DNA from: Chlorokybus atmophyticus
Lineage: Eukaryota > Plantae > Mesostigma and Chlorokybus algae
DNA length: 64,000 nucleotides
Direction: 5' to 3'
Assembly: GCA_009103225.1 (NCBI GenBank)
Contig: RHPI01000385.1
Span: forward strand, 337,392-401,391
Position numbers and translations under genes: made by a program. The notes beneath the pieces are model-generated. The model saw only the letters and a list, made by a program, of their open reading frames with translations. It had not been told where the DNA came from and did not search any database. Numbering within the stretch: the stretch's first letter is position 1; every line of letters begins with the position of its first letter. Positions 49,375 through 62,122 of the stretch are shown piece by piece.

Positions 49375-49984
49375 GTCGACAACGACAAGGACAGCGGCAA
49401 CAACGACAACAGCGATGATATCGCCTGTGTGCCTTACGCAGTCATGCTATGCCCTAACACAGTCCAAGCAGCTGTGGATGAGCAAATCCCGCGCGCACAA
49501 TGTCCACGACAGCACGACGATACCCTCGACGACCGCCCCTGTGCACACCTCCGCCGCCGCTCCCACCACTGTGTCCGCCGCCGCCGCCACGTGTCGCGTT
49601 GTGCTGCACGCAGCCTTTGAATCTAACCCGCCAAAGGCTTCTCGCGAATGTCCTGTAGGAGGAATGTCCTTGCGTGCGCTAACGTTATGAGGTGCCGACA
49701 TTGACAATCATCACAAACGGACGGAAGCAACACGACCTTATTGTGCGTAACGTAACGTGAGGTAGGTCATGATGAATATCTCTGTTTGCAGTTAGCTGAC
49801 TGGGGTTTTGTTACTGGGCGCCACGCGCGTGAGTGCAGCAACGCTGAGCAAGAGCGCTGTTCAGAGGCCCGCGTTGTTGCAACAACGCATCAACTAAGCC
49901 GGTCAGTAGTAGAAAGCGCCACGTGGGCTACTTTCCAGGGCGGGAGTGGCGGCGGCGGTACTGGTGCTGGTGGTTGTTGGCGTC

Positions 49985-51358
49985 ATGGCTGTCGTTACGG
50001 TGAGCCTGTTGTCTCCGCCGGCTCTGACAGCACCGAGATCCGTCGCTGGTCGCCGGCAGCAGCCCGCTTTGCGTGCAACCGGCACGGGGCGACGTTCTGC
50101 TGTCTGCCAGGCTAGCCCTGCTGATCAAGGTGAGGCTGGGGTTTTGGGTGGGAGATCAAGAAGACTTGTTCAAACAAAATTTGCCAATGCATGCTGTGAT
50201 GGATGTCCATTACGGCATGCATGCTCTCCCTCCTTGTCCTTGTTGTCCCCGCCCACGCCTGGAGCGCCAGTGTTTTACTTTGCTTGTTTGATGCTTGCTC
50301 TTAGGCTAATGCTTAGCAGTTCTTGCCTAGAACAACCCATTGTAGAAATATACATGGCGTGTGCGAGTCTGTTTGGCATACAACAACTGTTTCAGTTGCG
50401 AAGCAGCGTGCAGTCTTCTTGCATGTCGCGCTGTTCGCATGCAGTTGCGAACAGCTTTGTCACTTGCATGCACTGAAAATTGACGGTTGAGTTGCCAATG
50501 CATGTAATTGGACGGCGAAGCCGCAATCTTTCACTGCGATCGTGCACTGCATGTGCTCAGTGCGTGCACATGCGAAACTCTAGTACTAACGGACACTGAA
50601 CTGTGTGTATTGTTGCGTATAACGACATGGCAGCTCAACGTGAGGCACAAAGCCAATGCATGTAAGCCTGCATGCTGAATGTCTCTGTGTGACTTCAGGT
50701 CAAGCTGCCTCAAGTCGGAGGGTGTTGGATGCATTCTTTCTAGGACGAGCAGTGGCAGAGGCCATCAACGAGCGTTTGGGCTCCGCTCTTGGCGAAGTGT
50801 TGAGTGAGATTGGCAAGTACGACGCAGAAAGGCGCAGGGCTATGCAGGACTTTGAGGTGTGTTGCGTGGAAAGGAGCATGGTGTTCGTGTATGCTATGAG
50901 TGATGCATGTACTTATCATGCTCATTGACTTGGCGTTTCAGAGAGTTGCATGCCTTGAAATCTTGTCAAGTTGTGTGGACAGCCTGTACTTGATAGATTG
51001 GATCGCCTTTCATTTACATTCTGCACTTCTGTTTTCAACTGCAGAATGATGTCAAAGTGAGAGCGCAGCGCGAGTTGGAGCAGAGCACAAAGGCGGCAGC
51101 AAATGCGCGCTCGCGGTCACCGTCTACAACCTCTTCAGGAGGTGTAAGTGCAGCTTCGCCTATAACTCCACCAGACCTTGCGGTAAGTTTGTGATGTATG
51201 CATAGATATAACCTACGTTGGTTTGCGGTGTTAGTGCCTGCGGTAATTTCTGAACATCACCTTTGGTACTGCAGGCTACAGTGGACAGACTGAGGGCCGA
51301 AGTTGCGCGCACACGCGCTGAAGTTCAACGGATGAAGCGGTTAGAGGGTAGGCAGTAG
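49985..51358 (+). CDS. Plastid-targeted uncharacterized protein (At4g13200-like); 4 exons
   Basis: Transit-like leader, then VLDAFFLGRAVAEAINERLGSALGEVLSEIGKYDAE and PDL|ATVDRLRAEVA; family recalled from memory. Confidence 0.72.
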
Positions 51359-52220
51359 TGGATTCCCTCTCCCTATTGCGCTGCAATAGCAGCTGATGTA
51401 AATTGGTTCACGTGGAGTAGCTGAGATTGACCATGATTGGTGTATGCTGCACTTTGCAGACATTGAAGTAAGGTCTCATTAACTTGCTTGCGTGCTTGTT
51501 GTGTAGCAGTCTGTTGTGCATGTTGAAAGCTTGAGTGTGCCCGTAATCGTCTGTGCGCAGCTCTTGTTATACTACTTGATTCTCGTGCTGATTTGCACGT
51601 CCATGCAGATGCCAATGTTGACGGACATGGCATGCAGTACGCTGGTCAATGGGTACTCGCGCCTCCAACCAATACCTACGCAGGGTTCTCAGCAGTACTG
51701 GCCTTGTGCCTGTTGACTTGCTGATTGTGCATGCATGCAGATGAGACACTTTATGCAGGCTTTCCTGTCAGTACAATTGCAAGGCACAATGCACTTTGCT
51801 CGTGTATAACAGATAGTATGCTACATTGTGCTTGCATTTGACCCAAGTTGCGCATGTAGTCAGCCTGTATGCAACCTGCCCTGCAAATGCTGCTGAGACT
51901 TTTGCTGCTGATTCTTCTGTGAATGTAGTGCGTGAACAAAAAGCTGGTGTGACCGATATGGTCGCTGCTGTTGCTGTTGCTGTCACTGTGTAAAACCCAG
52001 GTTTGCCAATGAATGCATGTTGCTGAGCGGGTTGGGATAATGCAGCGCCACAATACCAGCTGAGTCATTAGCTAATACATACTAGAGCACATATTACAGT
52101 GTTAGGTTCTACAGCTACAGTTCACCAGCATACACAACTCGCACTTATATGTGCGAAATTAACCACATAGTAATGGCAAGGGAGGAGGGTCTCTTGCTCT
52201 CCTGCCTCATGTCAGGTGTG

Positions 52221-54075
52221 TCAATGCATGAGCTGCTCAGCATCAAGACCGATCTGCCCCGCACCATTGTCGAATATCTTCATCTTCTTGTTGGCCTTGA
52301 TGATGTGGTACTGAATGTGCTTGACCTCGAGGTCGAGTAGGTAGGTTAGCATGGCACGGAGGGCAATGAGGGCGACGAGGGCGACGATGTCGCGGGAGCG
52401 GATCTGGTGGAGAGGACTTGTAAGGGTCTCGACCACGTCCGAGGCAACGAGGAAGTCCAGCGCCAGCAGCACCGTCTTGCAGAACCTGGCGCGCACATAC
52501 AGCACGTCCAGGCTGATTACAGACTGCGTGTTGAACCACTTTCCTGTGAAGATTAGCTCCGCCATCGTGTACCATGCCCTCAACGCGCCCAACAATACCA
52601 CTGCTGCACCTGTGATATGTCAATGGCATCAGCGCATGCGTACAGTCATGAAATGTATCTACACCTGCATGATAACAAGATGCTTGTATTGGCAACCCAC
52701 ACAGCCAGTACGCTTTCTTTGCGCAGTCATTACTCAAAGTCATGGTATGCAAGAAGACCTGAACCGGACGCAACAATATTGCCAGTATACTGCGGGTGTT
52801 AGTGCGCACCTGACCCAGCAAGCAACCTGCTCGTTATGCGGTAGAACAACTCGCTCATGCTTCCCTGCCGATGCCGCCGCCGCCGTCTGTGCGAGTCCCC
52901 TTCCCCAACCCTATGCTTTGGCAACTGCCCAAGACCATAATGACAGAGTCAGCCTTCATTCTCTTTGTTTGGTTGCATGCGTGCATGCATACATGCATAC
53001 ATGGACATAGGTGTGCTGACAAACATGCACATGTGAGCATGCATGAGTTTGTGCATGTGTGCAGGTGCATTCGATGTTGCTTGTGTGTGCGCATACTTAA
53101 TGAACACATGCGCATGTGCTTTCAATCACAGCAAATCCCTCTACCTGTCCCCGCCTCCCACCATTGCTCCCTCCACCCTGTATCCCCCCGCCTCCACCGC
53201 CCCCGTCCTCTGGCGCCGTCAGCGGCGGCGGCTTTGTCAACTCGCTCGGTGCGGGCGTCCTGGTCCAGGGGCTGGTTGTTGATGTACTCGCAGATGCTGC
53301 CGTTGCTGAAGACGCGGCCAACGGCTTCGCCCTCCCGCTGCTGCCAGGCTGCTGTGGTGAATGCTGGGACGGCTGCGAGGCCGCGCAGGTTGGCTGTGCG
53401 AAGGAGGCCAATCTCAGCCTGCAATGAAATGAGTGTTGATGCACGAGGCTAGATCGTCTTGACTAAAGCGTCGCAACAACAGTTATGTTGGTGCAATTGT
53501 TCACTGGTGTGACACGCAACCAACGCTACATGCGAGCAATCTGCATTGGCGATGTAGTGTTGCAATAGCTATGGCTTGATAGAGCGGCAACACTTGCACT
53601 CTTATACGCTAGCAGTAAAGTTCAACAAGAGTTGAGAAAAGTCGTTCCAGAGCTGCAATGCCACCATGTTATCATCCATCACAAGTCAGCAATCGTCCAG
53701 GTAACCAGTGTTGACCATGTGGCAGTGTTGTGGTTCGTTGACACATAGGCAGCCGACATCACTGACTTGATCCTGTCCGTTCCTTAATCAACACTGCAGG
53801 ATTAATTGACTGTACTGGTGGCTCCTCAGATAGTGAACGGTCTTTCTAAGGGGTGCATAATGCTCAGCTTGATACACAAGTAGATCCCACACTCAGCACT
53901 CAACGCGCTTCTCTGACCTGTGCACGGCGTTGTGATGCCGCCTAGAGCTTGCCTTGGGAGCGTGCGGAAGCGTGGACACGCACAAGCAGAGGCTGACGGA
54001 GGAGGCGGAGAGCAACGCGAATGAGGAGAAATAGCACGAGGATGAGCCGCTTGAGCTCGGCAACGGCGGCGACAT
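52221..54075 (-). CDS. DUF1622-family membrane protein with a long Ser/Ala-rich N-terminal extension; about 4 exons
   Basis: The last exon encodes VLLALDFLVASDVVETL...DIVALVALIALRAMLTYLLDLEV (DUF1622-like); upstream exons join with consistent GT-AG phases; the start is a by-eye model. Confidence 0.7.
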
Positions 54076-54571
54076 TGCGAACGAATCGCGCGCTCGGAAT
54101 GTCTCACTTGCGCACTGACTCACTCAGTCATGTCAAGAAGCACGCAATGCGCCTCTCAACGGTTTGAGCTAGCCTGCGCACACATTGAAGCAGGAAGGCC
54201 AGTGCGGCTGAGGAGATCCCTTAGCAGCTATACTGTGTTAGTCGACGACCACACCACCCACGTCCAGGACTACCCCTCACAGTCCGCCGTCGCACACCCA
54301 GCACGCCAAGTGCCAGCATCTACCTCCGCCACAGACCAAGACTCGTAGCTGTGCATTGAGAGAGATATCTGCTATGTGCTGCGCATATCAATGGGTCGTC
54401 GATATCGGCGTGTTGACTTGGCTTGTACGGGCATGTATAGTACGGCAGACTGTCCAAAGCCCCTGCTGAGGGCACCAAGCAGGAGGAGCGTGCGGGCAAT
54501 GACATACAACTACCATAAAGGCCGACTCGGCAAACTTAGTGAGTCTACTGATGTGTTGGTGTATGACGCCA

Positions 54572-54618
54572 ATGAAAGTAATTTCAGCTATTATGAAAGT
54601 AATTTCAGCTATTATGAA
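54572..54618. repeat. 21-bp tandem duplication
   Basis: ATGAAAGTAATTTCAGCTATT occurs 2.2 times. Confidence 0.9.
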
Positions 54619-57000
54619 TGTAAATATGCAACTTGTTCGTGATAAGCGTCGGTCTGGCGACGAATAAGTTTAGCATATGGCTTTTCGACGCATTGATTTA
54701 AATCGGGGTTTTTTCTTCCGTGAGGATTGACGCGAGGATCGCTCATTGCTCAATTAGTCTTACATAGGCAATTGAGGTTTGCGAACTTGTAATCCGCGGT
54801 CACCAATGCCATCAGCTGCCACATCAAATGGCATCCTTCTAATGGTCGTTAAGGGCTTACCTTTACAACAAGTACAGTTTTATGATTATCAGGTGCTGGT
54901 AATATGCTTAAACTACGAACATTTATTCTTATCATATCCACTTGTTTATAAATGACTGCATGACAACTTTACAGCACGTAAGAGATTGGGAGCTCCATGT
55001 GCTTATAGCATTAGATTATTTTGTGCCGCACATGGGAGTGTATGAAGTATACGTATCATAGGTTGGTTTTTATGTTTGTTGTTATGGCCGTCACGTGCTA
55101 CGGTATGAGCATATGTTACAATAATTGTAAATAACACTACATATGAATAAAAATGTAGTCATCAACGTTTTGCAGCTGAGGACCCTATCAAACCGCTTCC
55201 ATAGTATTAAATAACACGGATTCCACCTATGGATGTTAGCATGCGCTTTGTACCCTGATACATCAATACTGGGGTTGAACCTTAGGTGTACATCAGTCAT
55301 GTACTTGATAACCCTCTTTGTAAGCAATAGGCTTACTTACATGTTTTATACCAAGTTTTATTGTTCATATGTGAACCACAATAAGTACGCACATTTCAAC
55401 AGTGATCGTCTCATTGATTTGTTTTTGCAATTGATAGCCTATAAGTCGTTGAGTCAATGGCCCGTTTGTCACTGAACATGTGAGCCTTCCCTAGTGGTGG
55501 ATTTTAAGTGGTGCACTTTAACATGGGAAGGGATATATCAAAATCCGTTTGATGTTATTTCATGCACCCTAGTGTAGATACGCATGTGTTATTGTGTATT
55601 AAAGAACACATAACATAAACTTGAACTACTCGCATGTAAAAAGATCATACATTATTTTAGCTGCGTCAAACTATGTGAACACCATTGCTAGGATAATATT
55701 CGTTTGTCCAAGAGAAGAGCAAATTTGTAAAAAATTCTGTAATTGTATGATAACGTTGCGTAGGTAATGTTGTTAAAAATGTTTAGGCAAGTTGAAGACT
55801 ATTGTGCATAATCTTCTTAACTTGAAAGATACGGGTACAATGGTTGTTTTGTTACATCTATTGCAAGGTCTACGAAGCACGTGCGCAACTTTCAATGATA
55901 TATCATATAAAACGCACACAATTATGCAAAGACACTGGCTTCAAGTTGTGTCAACTCGCGACTATTACCATACCGTAAATAATAGCAATTCTTACGTCCA
56001 TTACCTAATATCCGCATGCGACAATTCAACTAGTGACAAAGCAATGTTATATGGCATCTCCACTTTACGAGCGCTCATTTTTTCACAATATTTAATTTTG
56101 AAAACATTTACAATTTGCAGGCATTGCAAAATTCAAGTCAGCTCTCTACGAGATGTATGTGTTAAAGTGCAGTATAGTACAGATTGTACCTTATGGGACG
56201 GCACATCATCTTTATGTTACAATACACACATTGACAAGCCCACAACATGGGCGACATGCTACATCACTTCATTACAACTTGCACCAATGCCATAACCTCG
56301 CAAGCTTGTACCTGCTGCAGTCCGGGAAAAATATATACATTGCTGGTCTACAAGCAACACTACAATGTGATGGTCTACTCCATGTAACAATATGCCAATT
56401 CATACCATGTTGTCACGGTGGCGGCACTACGTAGCAAACCGAAAAGAGCTATCCAACAAGGTACGACACGTGCACGTGTTACTTGACTTTGTGTCCACCG
56501 AGGCCTTGTTGCAATCTGCTCAAATCCTATCTGAAGTCATGATCAATAAGGTTCCGTTTTCAACTCTTAAGCAGACGGCAAATTAATAGGAAGTAGGATT
56601 ATCTTTGAGCCCCAAAGGGCTGAAAGCGGCGGCGGTTGAGTACGGCAATGGAGTCCACTCCGAGCGCGTAGCGTGTGACATGTTTTAAAACGCGGTACGA
56701 TGCTGCTATAGTTGCTAAGTGGTTGCACCTCAGGGCAAACCTTATCTTGTACCACCATAATGATATATGCGAAATCGGCGAACATTGTAAAGCTTAAGGC
56801 CTAGGTGTTTCGGCAGCAGGGGAGTTTGGAGTAATATATAAGAGTAGAAATAGCCATAAAGGACCATAATGGTGGTGACAAAACTACCACCATGGTCCTT
56901 TATTGCATAGATGGACAGACCCTTATCGTAACAAAAGGTCGTGCATGTTACGCAAAGAAATAAAGAGGAACTTCCTTGTTTAACACAACAAACTCAGCAG

Positions 57001-57102
57001 GCTACGTACATATTTATGATATGCAAGGCGTGTCCATATGCCTTCTTTGAGGCTACATACATATTTATGATATGCAAGGCATGTCCATATGCCTTCTCTG
57101 AG
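57001..57102. repeat. 51-bp tandem duplication
   Basis: Two units differ at 3 positions, all transitions. Confidence 0.9.
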
Positions 57103-58518
57103 AAATAGTATACGTACATACTATGCAATAACTATACATTTTGGCTTTCTATCCCCCTTCCCCCCAACTCTTTTTGAAACTTCCTGTCAAGTCCATGTCA
57201 ATGTGATAATTGTGTGGCAACATTCATGAACATTTGCCAATGTAAGCATCAAATGCGCCGTTTTCTTTACGTCGACACGTTTGTAGTCACCGAAACGGGT
57301 ATACCACTATAATTGCCGCATGGATCTTCATGATAGCGTTGCGATTGGGCTAGTCCTGGCCAGCGACATTAAGGTGTACCTCAACCACAAGCGTGGCAAA
57401 CTTATGCAGCAGTACATGGCAAGTTAATCATGTTGACATATACAAATTCTGCAATATAAAAGGCGGAGAGGCTTTACCCAACATTTACAATAACGTATGT
57501 GTGCCAGTTGAGTCCGTGCCGTCAAGTCATTGAAAACGGCATTTGAAGTGCGTCAAGTAATATATAAGCACAAACTAACAGGCGTAGTACTCATATCGAT
57601 GTTTTTGTAGCGGTTTTGATGATCGTGCACTTTTTAAAAGTGTAGTGAGATAGAATGTTTTGCTCGATACATGTTAGTTGCTCTTCATCTTTCTCACAAG
57701 CAACGATGACCGTTGCAGTAATCGACCAAATGCGTAGTGCAATACATGCTGGCAGCTTGGCGCATCAGTTATGACCGCTAACGTGAGCACCAATAATGAT
57801 GGCTGCAATATCATTGCAACTCTAGAGCATTGTGTATCGGTATACTTGCACGAATGTCATAATGACATTAATGATTACCAGACACATGGGTCATGTGACA
57901 TGCGCATGAGTAATCAAGTAGTAATGTTTATTGAGATTGTATATATATGATAAACCGTTGTTGTTTTTATGTGTTTTTTTTTTTACATGTTTTAATATAT
58001 AAATGCACTTCGCAGGTGCATTACTGCAACAAATCTCTTAAGATGGCGACGCGCTACTTGGAATAGCGCGGAATGAATGAGTGAATTACAGCTAATATGA
58101 AAATATATCTTTATATGATTGTGGTGGTGAAAGCGCACATCGGTTTAAGTATCATGTACAAGTAGCATATGAAGCTGCTGTTTATTTACAAGACACTTAC
58201 GATCGGCACGTGCTGGGGTGCATTAATGAATGCGAGCGGATTGTTGAATTGTAACCTAATCGTAAAGCAGCTGTAGTACATTGCTAATATTGTGAGGGAG
58301 AGGCGCGCGCATGGAGGGGGGGGATTAAACAAATGATGAGTATAGCGCAAGCTGTGATCATTTTTATGTCGGCCGCAATGTATGTAACCATAAAAACGTT
58401 GCTTTGAGTATTATTTATGACAAAAGTACAGCTAAAGGATTGCGTTTGCAAGCTGTCAACTTCAAGACTTAACTGAAGTTCAAGTTGCCAGTTGCAACGA
58501 TTTTGCAATGCTTTTTTT

Positions 58519-58520
<2 letters not shown>

Positions 58521-58562
<42 letters not shown>
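58521..58562. repeat. Poly-G run (42 nt)
   Basis: Seen directly; similar G runs flank the gaps at 16941-17083 and 24043-24323. Confidence 0.9.
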
Positions 58563-59494
58563 CTTACCACGTTGCAAGCACAAACTGGCACATTGCATCA
58601 TGTGAGAGTTAGGAACACAATGTTAATCAATGTGTGTGCATTGCACTGTGCACGCGTAAGCAGATATAGGGTATGCAGCCCTGTATCCAACGTCTTACAA
58701 GTCATGAAACGTGAAATGGTGGCGGCAGCGATGTTAACCTGTGCACCTATTTGCGTGCCAACCACAAAAGCCAATACAAACATCCGAATATTGCATTGGT
58801 TGTTGGATTGCCTCTAAGGCAATCCAACAACCAATGCAATATCGATTATGATTAACGTATATGTCACAAACACATAAATATATATTACCAAGATTGAATG
58901 ATTACTGTGTTTTACTATTGTGTAATATATTGGTAGGACTTGTCTATCATGAAGTGCACAGACAATGCATATTGTTATATGAATCCAAGTACATATCGCA
59001 AACGTGTTACATGCATGTTGTGCATAAGAAGTAGTTACTGAAAATCCCATACAGCCGTTGCATGTTGCGTTGTTGGTATACATACAACACGCTCATCAAC
59101 TGTTTAATAAATACCATGTGTTGTTCCAAAATGTAAGGGTGCGAGATACGTAAGGACATGACATTTCTTTCCTTGTTGCCGCTCATGTATGCCAACACAT
59201 GATATTGTATTATCTTACAATGTGATACTGTAAGATAATACAGTATCACATACCAACAACATTTGCATCTTGATGACGGTACATTATGTGCCATCGCAGG
59301 CAAGTGCTGACATGATTGTTTTTATGTGCAATAAATTAGTCATCATGGTGATCATGCCCCCCCCCCCCCCTTCCCTTAACAACCCCGCAGGCCTAGCCGC
59401 GCGCATGCGCGAGCATCGCATGCTAGTTCATACACAAACAAGACACGTACTATAGCCCATGCTACACACAATGCTTGTCCATTCTCTGCGATAT

Positions 59495-62091
59495 TCATGC
59501 ATGCGCAATCACGGCGCATAGGGTGGAGTATCCCGCCACCGAAACTCGTAGCGTCCCTACAACCCCCCCGTCATCGTCCACCACCTCCAGTCGCCGGTCG
59601 TGGAGGTCACCGCGTGCCGAGAGCAACTCCCGCAGATCAATCTGACCAATAGATTAAGCAGCTTAAAGTATTGAGCATTGCATGCACAACACAATGTTGG
59701 AAAAAGCAACATTAGCAATATGTACATGTGTATATATGCATCTTTGCATATATACACAATCTTTGCGTGCATGTACTTGTGTATGCACACACACACACCG
59801 ACCACACGCATGTCACATGCTATGGTCACCAACACCACACACAACCCCACTGACTCGTGCACTCACCTCCGCAAAGCCGATTTCGTGGTAATCCCCTCCC
59901 GCGCCCCCGCCCTCCCGCTCCGCATCCACCAGGCAGAACGGCACGACCGACGCGACGGGGTCGGGGTCGGACAGCATCTGCGCCAGGGAGGTGCGGGCTG
60001 CGGGGTGTCGCGAGGCAGACACGTCGAAGGCTGCGTTGGCATTCGACAGCGGGTGAGAGAAAGCCTTCAGTATGCGTTGGCGTGCTTGCGGGTCCGCACA
60101 GGTGCCCGCGCATGTATGCATGCGCATGTGCAGGCGGGCAGGCGCGCATACGTATGTGTGCAGGTGCCGTGTGGGCACATACGTGCATGCGTCGAATGCC
60201 ATGCGCAACGATGAGTGGAATGCGATGCACGACACTGTAACCCAGCATGTTAGTGTGCTACCAACACCACATCACTTTGACTATGACAGTGTCGTGGGTC
60301 AACTCCAACAGCATCACGAGATGTACGGAAACTGACATCCTGGTACGGTAGCGCCTTGCTTGGCATTACAGCAGCAAACCCACATCGAAACCCACCGGTA
60401 CTTACGACTCATACACATACTCACCTCGCGTGTAGCGGAACGACACGATCTGACCCGTGAGCGCCCCCGCCGCCGTGCGCTGGTCCCCGAGTCCGCAGTA
60501 GTCCGCAAGGAAGTCAAACAGCACGAATGCCGCGCCGCTGCGCATTAGGGACCGGGCGTCGCGCAGGAACGACGCACTGGCCTCAAACTGGGGGAGGGAA
60601 GAGAGGTGAGGATGGTGTGGGGTGGGTAACATGGGAAGGGATATATCAAAATCCGTTTGATGTTATTTCATGCACCCTAGTGTAGATACGCATGTGTTAT
60701 TGTGTANGCGCGGGTGAAGTCGGATGCGCATGACGTGCGGGAATGCGGCTGCATGGACACGTGCGGTTACTGAGACTGCAGCATGTGCGCATACTGTGCT
60801 ACCGTGCACACATATGTGGTCATGCGTAACCGCGTACCTCGGGTGCGTCACGTGGTCTTGTTTGCCTCCTTGATGCAGACTTCCGAAGTGACGGCGCGCG
60901 TGAAACAATCTGCCGTTGTTGTTGTTGTTGCTGCTGCTGCTGTTGTTGTTTGGCAACGGCTGCTCGCCGCTCTTCTAGCCAGCGCTCCTCACTCAGCTGC
61001 AGGTGATCAAACGAATTAATGACACAGAAGGCCCCGATGAGGTTATCGTACCGGCACACACGCGCGCGCACGCAAACGCACACACATGTGCATTGCACGA
61101 TTACGCGCGAATGCACACACGCGTACCCCCCCGCCCCCTCTCACTCCTGTCTCCGCGCGTACACGCATGCGCACGCGTACACGCACACACTGTTGCAACC
61201 TCTCCTCTCACCGAGTCATAGCTGTCGGCATATCTCCCCCCCGCCCCTCCCTTCCCCCCCTTCTCTCCCACCCCACCCCCAGCCTTTTCCCCCAGGTCCG
61301 TCCTGAGCATGACTCTCTGCTCCTGCAGAGACTGTCGGACACCGTCCCCTCCTCCTCTGTAGCCCGCCAGGATGGCCTTGCCCTCCCTCACGATGGCACG
61401 CGCGAGAGAGGACCTGTTGGGTGGAGGAGGAGGAGGAGCTCTAGGTGGACTCCCTTTGCTGACTGGCGCTTTGCTTGTTGGGTTTATTGTTGGAGGTTTT
61501 GGTATTGGGTTTGATGATGATGATGGTGGGGGAGCAGCCGTTGGGTGTCTCTGCTGCTGAGATGGTGGGAGGGATGGAGAAGGGAGGAGTCTCATGGTTG
61601 GTTGGTGTCGTTGGGGTGAGGTTGTTGTTGTGGGTATGTGCCACGTCAGGGAGAGTTCTAGCTGGCCACAGGGTGGGGGATTCATGTTGGGATGAGTTTG
61701 CCAGCGACTAGAGACTACATCGGTAGTGCCGCGGATATCACGCCCGTCCGCGAGGTCAGCAAGGCTCACGCGCGCGTTGCCAAGTTCTTTGCCACTCGCT
61801 ATATCCGTCACGGTGATATTGAGCACCTCGTCTCGAAGGCGCTGCGCCAGGGCTGGTGTACGCACGAGAGGAGCGATGATGTGGGGCTTGTTGATATGGG
61901 AGGTATTGTTTGTCGTTGGGATGAGGACTTCTCGTGCACGCTCCCCGGGGAAGCGATAGCACGCTCGCACGTGGTGGGAGACGGGAGGGCCTTGCGCGTG
62001 CTGTTGCTGTTGTTGGGATGCACGCCAGGTGGGTATGAAACGCTCCAGGGCAATGTGCAACTGCAAGCAGTATCAGTATCAAACACATGTT

Positions 62092-62122
<31 letters not shown>

